Counted from the first letter of the stretch, positions 11,157 through 23,121 are shown. The stretch is 64,000 nucleotides of DNA from Megasphaera sp. (GCA_022641375.1 JALCDF010000003.1:363-64362); one strand, 5' to 3'. Made by a program: numbers and translations. The notes: generated from the letters alone by a model not told the origin.

Positions 11157-11609
11157 TTATACATTCCATTCTTCCTTTAATGTCGATAAGCACATAAAGG
11201 TTTGCGATGAAGCCACTGTCGGTATTTCATTCAACACCTGCATCAGAAAATGTTCCAATTCATCCGGTGTCTTGACCAGTACTTTTAACAGGTAATCAAA
11301 GGCTCCGACAACATGATGGCATTCCAGTACTTGTGGAAACTTTACGATCTTTTCCCGAAATTCATCCACATCTCCGGAACGTTCCAGATTAACCATAATG
11401 AAGGCGGTAACGGTATATCCAGTCTTACGACGACTGATTTTTGCACCATAGCCTTCAATAATGCCATTATGTTCCATTTTACGAATGCGTTCCGCTACAG
11501 CCGGTATGGAAAGACCCACCACTTTACTGATTTCCGTGGCAGATGCCTTACCATTTTTTTTCAGAATTGTTAATATCTTTTCATCAATATGATCCATTTT
11601 CACTACCAT
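11157..11609 (-). CDS. Lrp/AsnC family transcriptional regulator
   Basis: MDHIDEKILTIL...GLSIPAVAERIRKME HTH; ECHHVVGAFDYLLKV RAM domain. Confidence 0.93.
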   Translation of the reverse strand: MVVKMDHIDEKILTILKKNGKASATEISKVVGLSIPAVAERIRKMEHNGIIEGYGAKISRRKTGYTVTAFIMVNLERSGDVDEFREKIVKFPQVLECHHVVGAFDYLLKVLVKTPDELEHFLMQVLNEIPTVASSQTFMCLSTLKEEWNV

Positions 11610-11755
11610 CCTCTACTGATATATCATTATTCACTATTATACATCTATCATTATCGTACATTCTAAAGGAAAAGTAAATACATAAAATGGTTTAAATTTT
11701 GTTTTTTATCCTATATTTTATAAATATTTTTTTCTTTAATATGTTAGGACTTATT

Positions 11756-12811
11756 CTATTTCATGGTATGAAAATCGGAATTCATGTCTGAAAAATGGTT
11801 TTGGAAGCTATCCGTCATATAAATAGTACCATCTGTACCGGTAATTTCACATTCTACATCCGGCATCTGTTCGATCAGTGCCATCCCCTGTTGCGGACCT
11901 AAAACAAAGATGACCGTTGTCATCATATCACTGAGCATACCACCATGTTCTACTGAGCCATCAATGACGATAGAATCGCTCATGACGCCGCTGTCAGCAG
12001 GATACCCTGTATGAGGATTGAAAATATGATGATACCGTATCCCATCCTGGATGAAATACCGTTCATAATCGCCTGATGTTGACAACGCCTGATTTTCAAT
12101 AGAAACAATGCCTAAATAATCGCCATCTTTATCTGAACGGGGATGTTTAATACCGATATTCCAAGGTTTCCCCTTCCCAGTTTTGCCGACAGCATACATA
12201 GAGCTGGCTCCCATATTGATTAAACCACTCTGAATGTGGTGTTTTTCGTAAATTTTACGAATTTCATCAACAGCAAAACCCTTGGCGATACCACCTAAGT
12301 CTATGCTCATGCCTTCTTTTGCAAGCATCACACTGTGATTTTCCGGACGCAGCAAAACATCCTTATAATTCACTTTTTTTAGCCCGCCATCGATTTCTTC
12401 CTGCGACGGTATATGCTGATCATCATTGCCAATATCCCAGAGATTGGTGATAACACCTACCGTAATATCCCAAATTCCATCCGTCTTTTCCGAATACTGC
12501 TGAGAAAAAGATATCATCTCATATATAGCCGGATCTACCTGAACATATTCCCGGCCTGCCGCTTTATTGATGCGGCTTACATCACTCTGCGGATTTTGGG
12601 CGCTTGCCAATGCATCCAATTCATTGATACGTTGAAACCCTTCCGTAACAGCTTCCTGCGCTTCCGGACCAGAAGCCCGGAGGGATACTGTCGTATCCAT
12701 CGCAATGCCGCTCTTATCAAAAGACTGCCCCGGATGCGTACACCCGGAGCAGCCCAAAATGATGACGGAAGCGGCAACAGCTATCATTGCTGTATATCGT
12801 TTCCAATTCAT
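11756..12811 (-). CDS. apbE: FAD:protein FMN transferase (lipoprotein)
   Basis: Lipobox-like LGCSGC, AMDT, DLGGIAKG, TSGDYERY, HHIFNP; directly after rnfB. Confidence 0.93.
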   Translation of the reverse strand: MNWKRYTAMIAVAASVIILGCSGCTHPGQSFDKSGIAMDTTVSLRASGPEAQEAVTEGFQRINELDALASAQNPQSDVSRINKAAGREYVQVDPAIYEMISFSQQYSEKTDGIWDITVGVITNLWDIGNDDQHIPSQEEIDGGLKKVNYKDVLLRPENHSVMLAKEGMSIDLGGIAKGFAVDEIRKIYEKHHIQSGLINMGASSMYAVGKTGKGKPWNIGIKHPRSDKDGDYLGIVSIENQALSTSGDYERYFIQDGIRYHHIFNPHTGYPADSGVMSDSIVIDGSVEHGGMLSDMMTTVIFVLGPQQGMALIEQMPDVECEITGTDGTIYMTDSFQNHFSDMNSDFHTMK

Positions 12812-12816
12812 ATATA

Positions 12817-13662
12817 TTACCCTACTTTTTCTGCTGTCTTTGCCGCTGCAACCATGGAAGCAATTGCCTTCGTCGGGCATTTTGCTACACAAGTCGGATC
12901 TTCGCAAGCTCTGCAAATTTCCGGATCAACAACAGCAAGATGATCTACAATCTTAACGCCGCCTTCATGAGAACAATTGCGCATACAAAGGCCGCAGCCA
13001 AGACATGCCGCTGTGCAATCTTTACGAGCTACACCGCCAACTTCTTTCGAAGAACAACTGACAGCTACTTTCGTACTGATTGGCAACAATTCAATGACGT
13101 GATTCGGGCAAATGCTAGCGCATTTACCACAACCGGTGCAAACTGCTTTATTGACATGCGGAATACCATTGGCTCCCATTGTCATCGCACCAAACGGGCA
13201 GGCACGAACACAGTTACCAAAACCAAGGCACCCAAATTTACAAAGCTTCGGGCCCTGCTGTACAGTTTTAGCAGCTGCACAGTCATGAATGCCTTTATAT
13301 TCGTATGCTTTTTTGGCAATGCCATTACCGCCACGGCAACGGATATGAGCCACTTTAGGTTCAGTAGCTTCTGCCACTTTGCCGGTCAATTCAGCAACGA
13401 CTGCAGCTACTTCTGCCTTACCAGGGACACACAGATTAGGTGGTACGTCCGGATCAGTAACAACCGCTTCGGCATATTTAGCACAGCCGGCAAATCCGCA
13501 AGCGCCGCACTGGCCTTGGGGAAGTGCTTCTTTGACTTCACCAATGAGCGGATTTTCTTCCATGGCAAATTTCTTATCTGCAAATGCGAGGACAAAGCCA
13601 AATACGATGCCGACACAAGTCATGATAACAACTGCCATCATAGCAATGAATGAATAATCCAT
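12817..13662 (-). CDS. rnfB: Rnf complex subunit B (polyferredoxin)
   Basis: N-terminal TM, LPQGQCGACGFAGC, several CxxCxxCxxxCP motifs. Confidence 0.95.
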   Translation of the reverse strand: MDYSFIAMMAVVIMTCVGIVFGFVLAFADKKFAMEENPLIGEVKEALPQGQCGACGFAGCAKYAEAVVTDPDVPPNLCVPGKAEVAAVVAELTGKVAEATEPKVAHIRCRGGNGIAKKAYEYKGIHDCAAAKTVQQGPKLCKFGCLGFGNCVRACPFGAMTMGANGIPHVNKAVCTGCGKCASICPNHVIELLPISTKVAVSCSSKEVGGVARKDCTAACLGCGLCMRNCSHEGGVKIVDHLAVVDPEICRACEDPTCVAKCPTKAIASMVAAAKTAEKVG

Positions 13663-13690
13663 GATTTGTTTTCCAACTCCTTTGCGTAAC

Positions 13691-14266
13691 TTAAATCATA
13701 CCGGAGAAACCAAGAAATGCTAAAGAAAGCATCCCGGCAACAATGAATGCGACCGGTGTACCTTTCAGATATTCCGGAACGTCGGCATAATCCAATTTTT
13801 CACGAGCGCTGGCCATGAGGATCAACGCCAATGCAAAGCCCAGGCCGGAACCAATAGCAAATACGAGGTTTTCGAGGAAGTTGTAACCACTCTGTACACT
13901 GATAACCGGTACGGACAAAACGATACAGTTCGTAGCAATCAGCATGAGGTAAATGCCCCACATGTTATACAGTGTCGGCGATTGTTTCTTAATGACGATT
14001 TCCAGTAACTGTACGAAACTGGCGATCAATACGACGAACGTAATGGTACGCAGGAACGTCAGACCAAAAGGAATCAATACAAAGTTATACAAAAGCCATG
14101 CTAATATCGTACTCATGGTAATAACCGCAGTTACGGCAAAACCCATACCAATGGAAGCATTCAAGTTCTTAGAAACCCCGAAGAAGATACATAAGCCCAG
14201 GAACTTGGTCAATACAAAGTTGTTAATCAATACTGCGCCGATAAACAGCGTAAAGTATGTGCCCAT
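13691..14266 (-). CDS. rnfA: Rnf complex subunit A
   Basis: NNFVLTKFLGLC, LIATNC; hydrophobic; operon order CDGEAB. Confidence 0.95.
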   Translation of the reverse strand: MGTYFTLFIGAVLINNFVLTKFLGLCIFFGVSKNLNASIGMGFAVTAVITMSTILAWLLYNFVLIPFGLTFLRTITFVVLIASFVQLLEIVIKKQSPTLYNMWGIYLMLIATNCIVLSVPVISVQSGYNFLENLVFAIGSGLGFALALILMASAREKLDYADVPEYLKGTPVAFIVAGMLSLAFLGFSGMI

Positions 14267-14889
14267 TATCCTTCACTCCCTTCGAGTTCTTTCTTCTTTT
14301 CGCGAGATACATTCCACATCTTAACACCGGCCATCAAGAAACCGATAAGCATAAAGGCTCCTGGCGGCAATGCCAAAATCAATGCCGGCTGATAACTCGG
14401 TCCGAACATGGATACCCCCATGAGAGTACCATTGCCGAAGAGTTCACGAATAACGGAAATGATAAGCATGGCAACAGTAAAGCCGACGCCCATGCCCATG
14501 CCATCGAGGAAGGATACGACAACCCCATTCTTAGATGCAATCGATTCAGCACGAGCCAGGATAATAGCAAATACAACGACCAGGTCGAGGTATACGCCGA
14601 GGGCTTTGTACAAATCCGGTGCATATGCTTGTAAGAACAGCTGTACGCAGGTAACAATTGTAGCAATGCAGGTAATGTATACCGGCACACGTACTTTTTT
14701 ATTGATGTGATGACGAATAATAGAAACGACGACATTGTTACTCGTAATAACGAACCATACCGTCAGGCCCATCGTCAAACCATTGATAACACTCGTCGTA
14801 ACAGCCAGGCCAGGGCACAAGCTCAAGGCGAGTACGAAGTACGGGTTTTCTTCAATAATGCCTCTACTAAATACTTTCCACAGATTCAT
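14266..14889 (-). CDS. rnfE: Rnf complex subunit E
   Basis: ENP...LSLCPGLAVT, RELFGNG, LPPGAF. Confidence 0.95.
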   Translation of the reverse strand: MNLWKVFSRGIIEENPYFVLALSLCPGLAVTTSVINGLTMGLTVWFVITSNNVVVSIIRHHINKKVRVPVYITCIATIVTCVQLFLQAYAPDLYKALGVYLDLVVVFAIILARAESIASKNGVVVSFLDGMGMGVGFTVAMLIISVIRELFGNGTLMGVSMFGPSYQPALILALPPGAFMLIGFLMAGVKMWNVSREKKKELEGSEG

Positions 14890-14891
14890 TA

Positions 14892-15443
14892 TTACATACC
14901 CCCAATCTGAGCTGCCTTTTCAACAGCTTCTTTGACGCCTTTGGTAAAGGCACGGGAAGAGATGGTAGCACCCGTCATTGCCTGGATATGTTTTGTATCG
15001 CTTTTGTCTTTTGTTACTTCCAAAGCATCGATTTTCTTACCTTTGAATTGACCTTTGAAAGGATCTTTTGCGCCTTTATCACCTAAACCAGGCGTTTCGT
15101 TAGCTTCCAAAACTGCATAATCCATTACTGTACCATCAGTTGATACAGCTGTGAGTAATTTGATCGGGCCGCCATAACCTTTCGGTGCGGTCGGAATAAT
15201 ATAGGCAATTTTCTTGCCGCCCTGTTCTGCGATAAAGGTATCTTTTTCACCTTCAACAGGTACAAATGCATCCGCAGTCGGAACAAGGCCTTTCATTGAA
15301 GCTTCCTTCTGCTGTTCCGCTTTAGCGGTCGCCGTCGGTCCTGTAATAAGGAATACTACGCCGATGATACAACCGGATACAAAACAGGTAATAATTAAAT
15401 TAAGTGCAATTTTAATGATATTACTGGGTTTCTTGTCAGCCAT
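14892..15443 (-). CDS. rnfG: Rnf complex subunit G (FMN-binding)
   Basis: GYGG, ETPGLG, TGATISS FMNylation motif. Confidence 0.95.
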   Translation of the reverse strand: MADKKPSNIIKIALNLIITCFVSGCIIGVVFLITGPTATAKAEQQKEASMKGLVPTADAFVPVEGEKDTFIAEQGGKKIAYIIPTAPKGYGGPIKLLTAVSTDGTVMDYAVLEANETPGLGDKGAKDPFKGQFKGKKIDALEVTKDKSDTKHIQAMTGATISSRAFTKGVKEAVEKAAQIGGM

Positions 15444-15444
15444 T

Positions 15445-16476
15445 TTATTTAGCCCCCTTTGTCTTTACTGCACCAAAGACAGTCGGTTTTACGAGGCGGT
15501 CAATGAGCGGGGTCAGGGCATTCATAAGCAAGATAGAATAGCAGACACCTTCCGGATACCCGCCAACCAGACGAATCAATACTGTAATCAGGCCGCAACC
15601 TAATGCAAAGATGATCTGCCCTTTCAGGGTAATCGGAGCGGTAACCATATCCGTTGCCATAAAGAATGCGCCAATAATAAGGCCGCCGGCCATCATATGG
15701 AAAAGTCCGAGCTGCGGACCATAAATAACGCCTGTAACAATCCCAACGGTAGCAATCATCGTTACAGGAACCTGCCAATTGATATAGCCTTTATAAATAA
15801 GATAAAGACCACCAAGAATCAGAAGGACTGTAGAAGTTTCACCCATGGAACCATTACGGAAACCAAGAAACATATTCATGATCATTGTTCCATAATCGTT
15901 ATTAAATAATGCAAGCAATGAATCATAACCGCCGTGTTTCAACACATTCAGCGGTGTAGCACCGGCAACGCCATCAATAACGGTGCCGTTAATCTGTGTC
16001 CATGTCGTCATCGCAATCGGCCAGGAAACCATCAAGCCTGCACGACCAACATGAGCCGGGTTGAAAAGGTTGTAACCTAAACCACCCATGGATTGTTTAC
16101 AAACAACAATTGCCAGGAAAGAGCCAACGATGCTCATCCACCAGGGAAGACTCGGCGGGCAGCACATTGCCAGTAATAAACCGGTAATGACCGCACTACC
16201 ATCTTTGATGGTGACTTTCTTGTGCATCATTTTTTCCCATAAAAATTCGAAAACTACTGCAGACACGATTGCAACAATAATATTAACAAGAGCATTGACA
16301 CCGAAATAATATACGCCGAACGCAGCAGCAGGTACAAGTGCGGCGACAACGTTCCACATAATTTTAGGAATCGTTTCGTTACAGCGAACATGCGGTGAGG
16401 ATGAAACAGTAAGTGTAAATTCCTGCATGTCTTTAGCATCCTTTCCTATAGTTTGTCCTTTAACTTCTGGACTCAT
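15445..16476 (-). CDS. rnfD: Rnf complex subunit D
   Basis: SSSPH, GGLGYNLFNPA, GATPL FMN site, FFMATD, GGYPEG. Confidence 0.96.
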   Translation of the reverse strand: MSPEVKGQTIGKDAKDMQEFTLTVSSSPHVRCNETIPKIMWNVVAALVPAAAFGVYYFGVNALVNIIVAIVSAVVFEFLWEKMMHKKVTIKDGSAVITGLLLAMCCPPSLPWWMSIVGSFLAIVVCKQSMGGLGYNLFNPAHVGRAGLMVSWPIAMTTWTQINGTVIDGVAGATPLNVLKHGGYDSLLALFNNDYGTMIMNMFLGFRNGSMGETSTVLLILGGLYLIYKGYINWQVPVTMIATVGIVTGVIYGPQLGLFHMMAGGLIIGAFFMATDMVTAPITLKGQIIFALGCGLITVLIRLVGGYPEGVCYSILLMNALTPLIDRLVKPTVFGAVKTKGAK

Positions 16477-16496
16477 GATATCCCTTCTTCCATTGA

Positions 16497-17840
16497 TTAC
16501 TTAGCTGCCGCTTTCGCTTTAGCCGCATTCATCATTGCTTTGACGTGGCCCTTAGCATTACGGACATACTGGACGATGTTACGTTTTGCAGGGCAGGTAT
16601 ATACGCAGCTGCCACATTCTACGCAGTTCATAACGCCATATTCCTGACATTTTTCCCAAGCTTGGCAAGAAGAGAAAATGCTGAGCTGGCTGGGAACCAG
16701 TCCCATTGGACATGCAACTACACAGCGGCCGCAACGGATACACGGTGATTCTTCCCCAACCTGACATTTTTCAGCAGACAGAGCTAAAATACCGGATGCC
16801 CCTTTAGTAATAGGGATATCGAGCTGATATTGAGCAAAGCCCATCATCGGGCCGCCGGCAATAACACGATCCGGCTGCTGAGACCAGCCGCCGCAGTAAT
16901 CAATAGCTTCCTGGAAAGTTACACCCATACGCAGGCGCAGATTCTTCGGTTCTTTGATACAATCACCTGTAATGGTGGTCAGACGTTCAATCATAGGAAT
17001 CCCATGACAAACGGCATCCGTAATAGCCAGAACCGTGCCTACATTGCTTACAACACATCCTACATTCATAGGAAGTCCGCCCGGTTCAACCTGGCGGCCC
17101 GTGCAGGATTCAATCATCATTTTTTCAGCACCTTGCGGATATTTCGTTTTGCAAGGAAGTACTGTTACTTCCGGAAGATCTTTAAATGCTTCCGTCAAGT
17201 TTTTAATTGCTTCCGGTTTATTATCTTCAATGCCGATAAATCCCTTGTGGACGTCAAGGACTTTCATGCAAATCTGTACACCGGTAACCAGTTTTTCCGT
17301 CGTTTCCTTTTCTACCATTGCGCGGTAGTCGCAAGTCAGATACGGTTCACATTCAGCACCATTGACAATAAAGGTATCAACAGGTTTGTTTGGAGCCAAT
17401 TTGATATGAGCAGGGAACGTAGCACCGCCGCAGCCGACTACGCCGCATTTTTTAATCAGATCCAGGATTTGTTTGTTATCGAGCTGTCTCCAGTCGTGTT
17501 CTTCCGGAATCCCTTCTGCCCATTCATCATTGCCATCTGCCTGAATAACAACAGCCATACATTTGACCATCGTATTATGCGGCATAGGCGCTACCTTAAT
17601 GACCTTACCGGAAGTAGACGCATGGATGTCTGCGTGCATGAAGGCATCACTAGTCCCTATGAGCTGGCCTTTTTTGACCAAATCGCCCACCTTGACTGTC
17701 GGAGTACAAGGAGCGCCGAAATGCATGCTCATCGGGATGACTACTTGAGCCGGTACTGCTGGGGTTTCTATGGCACTATCTTTTGCATAGCGTTTTCCAT
17801 CATCAGGATGAACCCCACCTCTTTTAAAGGTATTCAACAT
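16497..17840 (-). CDS. rnfC: Rnf complex subunit C
   Basis: GGATFP, NGAECEPYLTCD, YPQGAEK, GGPMMG, two 4Fe-4S motifs. Confidence 0.96.
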   Translation of the reverse strand: MLNTFKRGGVHPDDGKRYAKDSAIETPAVPAQVVIPMSMHFGAPCTPTVKVGDLVKKGQLIGTSDAFMHADIHASTSGKVIKVAPMPHNTMVKCMAVVIQADGNDEWAEGIPEEHDWRQLDNKQILDLIKKCGVVGCGGATFPAHIKLAPNKPVDTFIVNGAECEPYLTCDYRAMVEKETTEKLVTGVQICMKVLDVHKGFIGIEDNKPEAIKNLTEAFKDLPEVTVLPCKTKYPQGAEKMMIESCTGRQVEPGGLPMNVGCVVSNVGTVLAITDAVCHGIPMIERLTTITGDCIKEPKNLRLRMGVTFQEAIDYCGGWSQQPDRVIAGGPMMGFAQYQLDIPITKGASGILALSAEKCQVGEESPCIRCGRCVVACPMGLVPSQLSIFSSCQAWEKCQEYGVMNCVECGSCVYTCPAKRNIVQYVRNAKGHVKAMMNAAKAKAAAK

Positions 17841-18128
17841 CAAAAATCACCTCATTAATATATAATGAAAACTATGAAAACATGAAGCAACTCACTGCTA
17901 AGAACTGATATGATTTTTATTGCGCTTCTGCCCGTCCGATTCCTGTTATGGTATATCCCACCCAACAGGGGCCGGAAACGCACTGCTGCCACTCATTCTG
18001 ACTGCATCATATCCATTCTTACCAATGTCACCACCTTGGTCGTTCGAACAATCGAAAATACACAAGTGCGGTTTGGAAAGACAAAACGAAGGATAGGATA
18101 TCTCCGAATCATGCTTTCAATCGCTTAC

Positions 18129-18157
18129 ATTATAGCATTATATAGTGTATTATTCAA
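18129..18157 (-). promoter_or_regulatory. Sigma70/A promoter of the rnf operon
   Basis: Minus strand TTGAAT-17 nt-TATAAT with extended -10 (TGc). Confidence 0.7.
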
Positions 18158-18483
18158 TGTGAAAATAATAGCATGTTCATGGTTTAATTTCATATCTGGT
18201 ATACGATTATTACTCTACTATTATGGTGATATTTCATTTGTGCCTCATATTTATCCATTGGTATGTCTCTGAGGGGTGTTGGTAAAAATAAGTAATCCAT
18301 GCTTTATCCAACGGGGTTTCAAGTTTTACTGCATGATTGTTTTAAATATTTAGTTTGCATATATTGCATTATATTTATTTTGCAACTAAAAAAAAGCCTC
18401 ATGTTATTTTCATCACAATGTACAAAAAACAGGAATCTGTAGAGATTCCTGTTTTTATATCACCAAGCTATGCATAAAACGTA

Positions 18484-20121
<1,638 letters not shown>

Positions 20122-20180
20122 TCATTTAAACTCAGAATATTTAGTATACTGTATGGTTTATCTTATTTCCATATATTATA

Positions 20181-21848
20181 TTACATTTTTTTTGGAGCAG
20201 AAACCCCTAATATAGCCAAGCTGTTAGCAATGGTAATACGCACTGCCGTAACCAGTGCCAAGCGGGCTTTTTCCAATCCCTTATCTTCCTGGATAATACG
20301 GCAATGGTTGTAGAATGAATGGAACAACCCTGCCAGTTCATGGGAAAAATGAGCAATGCGATGCGGTGCTCTTTCCTGGGCAGCCCGAATGATTTCATCA
20401 GGAAACGCTGCCATTTTCTTTATTAATTCTAATTCTTCTTCTGTATGAAGCTTATCCCACTGGACATCGGACCAATCAAGATCTGCCACATCGACACCGG
20501 CTGCCTTGGCCTGTTTATAAATACTGTAAATACGGGCATGGGCATACTGAATGTAGTATACAGGATTTTCATTACTGTGCGACTTAGCCAGGTCCAAATC
20601 AAAATCAAGCTGCGTATCCAAAGACCTCATGATAAAGAAATATCGTGCCGCATCAGTTCCCACTTCTTCGATCAGTTCATTTAATGAAATCGCCTGGCCT
20701 GTCCGCTTAGACATTTTAACAGGCTGCCCATCGCGGAACAAGCTGACCATCTGCAATAATAACACTTCAAGATGTTTCGAATCATATCCCAGCGCTTCCA
20801 TTGCAGCTCTGACTCTGGCTACGTAACCATGATGATCGGCACCCCAAATGTTAATCAGTGTTTTAAATCCCCGGTCAAATTTATTTTTATGATAGGCGAT
20901 ATCTGCAGCCAAATACGTCGGCACACCATTATCCCGGATAACGACCCGATCCTTGTCGTCACCATAGTCTGTCGATTTCAACCACAAGGCACCATCTTTT
21001 TCGTATATTTTTCCCCGCCGCTTCAACACTTCGCAAGCTGCATGGATTGCATCCGGATGCAAGGTCCGTTCGCTGAACCAATTATCATAATGCACATTGA
21101 AATTAGCCAGATCTCGTTTTAACGCTTTTAACTTTTCTGCATACGCACGGTCCTTAAAGAGTTCCAATCGTTCTTTTTCCGGCATACGCAAATAAGCATC
21201 TCCGTCCTGGTCTATAATGGCCTGAGCCGTTTCGATGATATCGTGGCCATGATACCCATTTTCCGGGATTTCCGATGGCTTACCTAATAATTGTAAATAC
21301 CGGGCATTTACCGACGCTGCCAGATTATCCATCTGGTTACCGGCATCATTGATATAATATTCAGCCTGGACGTTATATCCGGCAGCACGCATCAGATTGA
21401 CCAACGCACTGCCATACGCAGCACCCCGTCCATGACCGACATGGAGCGGTCCCGTCGGATTGGCGCTGACATATTCCACCTGAACCGTATCATCCTGACG
21501 AAATGGCGCTTTGCCAAAATCTGCTCCCTGTCCCAGGATATTCTTTAACGTATCATACATGACATCATGTTTCAGAAAAAAATTAATAAAGCCGGCACCG
21601 GCAATGTCTGCCTTATCAAGCCAGGAATAGTGCATTTGATCGACGATTGCCTGCGCAATCTGGCGCGGTGCCCGATGCGCCACCCGGGCTGACTGCATCG
21701 CAATAGCAGTAGCAAAATCACCAAATTCCTTTTGCGGCGGTACTTCCAATACAATATCCGGATACTCACCGGCAGGTAATTGTCCGGCTTTTACAGCACT
21801 TTTCAAGGCTTCATCAATACCTTGTCTTAATAATTCTTTCATTTCCAT
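20181..21848 (-). CDS. argS: Arginine--tRNA ligase
   Basis: SANPTGPLHVGHGR HIGH motif, GADHHGY, KMSKR, YIQYAHAR. Confidence 0.98.
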   Translation of the reverse strand: MEMKELLRQGIDEALKSAVKAGQLPAGEYPDIVLEVPPQKEFGDFATAIAMQSARVAHRAPRQIAQAIVDQMHYSWLDKADIAGAGFINFFLKHDVMYDTLKNILGQGADFGKAPFRQDDTVQVEYVSANPTGPLHVGHGRGAAYGSALVNLMRAAGYNVQAEYYINDAGNQMDNLAASVNARYLQLLGKPSEIPENGYHGHDIIETAQAIIDQDGDAYLRMPEKERLELFKDRAYAEKLKALKRDLANFNVHYDNWFSERTLHPDAIHAACEVLKRRGKIYEKDGALWLKSTDYGDDKDRVVIRDNGVPTYLAADIAYHKNKFDRGFKTLINIWGADHHGYVARVRAAMEALGYDSKHLEVLLLQMVSLFRDGQPVKMSKRTGQAISLNELIEEVGTDAARYFFIMRSLDTQLDFDLDLAKSHSNENPVYYIQYAHARIYSIYKQAKAAGVDVADLDWSDVQWDKLHTEEELELIKKMAAFPDEIIRAAQERAPHRIAHFSHELAGLFHSFYNHCRIIQEDKGLEKARLALVTAVRITIANSLAILGVSAPKKM

Positions 21849-22276
21849 TACGAATGGTCCTCCTGCACGGTAATAGTTAATTGCGTATAATTAGATGCAA
21901 GCCCTTCGAGTTGTACATCATATCCCAAAAGAATAGTGCCGATACCATCCTGAAGATCAACGTTGCATTCATATGTCTTCATGGTTACCGACAGATTCCC
22001 GAAAGGTGTTTTATACTGAGAACGAAATGATTTTCCCTCTTTATACATCTGCCGCTGCTGCACCTTGCCCAGCCGCAGCAATATAACGGTGTCATCCGGC
22101 AGTATTTTAATAACCGTCGTCACACCTTTCATCTCTGTCAATTCACTCTCTTCGTAAACGATATAACGGATATCATTACGAATATAAAATTTACCTTCTG
22201 ATATTAATTCCAGCTTTATTTCTTTCCCTTCCAGATTACGTTGGATACTCTGGACTTTTACTAAGACGGGTTTCAA
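21848..22276 (-). CDS. DUF1934 (YwiB-like) beta-barrel protein
   Basis: YIVYEES...TTVIKI...YKTPFG pattern; conserved position upstream of argS. Confidence 0.8.
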   Translation of the reverse strand: MKPVLVKVQSIQRNLEGKEIKLELISEGKFYIRNDIRYIVYEESELTEMKGVTTVIKILPDDTVILLRLGKVQQRQMYKEGKSFRSQYKTPFGNLSVTMKTYECNVDLQDGIGTILLGYDVQLEGLASNYTQLTITVQEDHS

Positions 22277-22386
22277 TGAATCCCAACCTTTCCTCTCAAT
22301 AATCCAATGTTATTATTATATAACAAGAACAGTGAAAAGAAAACACCTTTTTTCAGCTTCTGAAATGCCGCTGTTACTCTGTCCGG

Positions 22387-23121
22387 CTAAGATAATTCTA
22401 TCAGATACCGCCAATATTTTTTTGGCATGAACTGACGACGCAACTTTTCATTATGACGTGCTTTGATGGCAATCGTATCATAATATGTTTTCCATAATCC
22501 TTGCAGTGACTTTTCTTCGTCGGATACAATAACCTCAGGCACCGTTACGGGTATTTCCACTATCGATAAATGATGCCGGTCATAGTACACTCCCATATGG
22601 CGTCCCGTATCATGAATGATCCATTCCTCACCACACAGGCGCCGTACAAAATGAGGCGCCATCACGGGAACGACACAACACGTCGGCTCCAGGCGGCTAT
22701 ACAACATACCCGTTGGCAATTCCTGAAAACGCAGCAATCCCAACAGCGCATGCCGTTCATTCCCTGTTTTGCGGGCCCATTGGCGGACTGTCCAGACAGG
22801 CTCATCACTCAGATGACCCAAAAACTTCTGTTGATAGTGAAACGCCAGCCGCAGATACCGCAACAACACTTCTTCTTTATGCGGCATATCCGCCAAAAAG
22901 GCATAATACAGAAAATGACTCGTCTTGCCGCCACATTGTTTCTGTAATGCGTCCAGGATACGGGAAACCTTACGGTTATCCGTCATGACGTACGTACTTT
23001 CCCCAAAAAGAGATATTTCGCCTTGCGGCCTGATATCTTCGATATGATTGACCCCTGCACTCCAGCCATCAAAAACAGCAGAAAGAAAACCCAAAAAAGT
23101 TCCATCATATGTATAATTCAT
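22387..23121 (-). CDS. Putative DNA repair protein, TIGR03915/DUF4130 family
   Basis: YDGTFLGFLSAVF, ERHALLGLLRF, HFVRR, WIIHD, LWKTYY, MPKKYW; coupled to the radical SAM gene. Confidence 0.9.
   Translation of the reverse strand: MNYTYDGTFLGFLSAVFDGWSAGVNHIEDIRPQGEISLFGESTYVMTDNRKVSRILDALQKQCGGKTSHFLYYAFLADMPHKEEVLLRYLRLAFHYQQKFLGHLSDEPVWTVRQWARKTGNERHALLGLLRFQELPTGMLYSRLEPTCCVVPVMAPHFVRRLCGEEWIIHDTGRHMGVYYDRHHLSIVEIPVTVPEVIVSDEEKSLQGLWKTYYDTIAIKARHNEKLRRQFMPKKYWRYLIELS

Noticed and set aside
17910-18272. 120-aa plus-strand ORF in the pyrG-rnfC intergenic region
   Set aside because: No RBS or recognisable motifs; overlaps the rnf promoter and structured leader on the opposite strand
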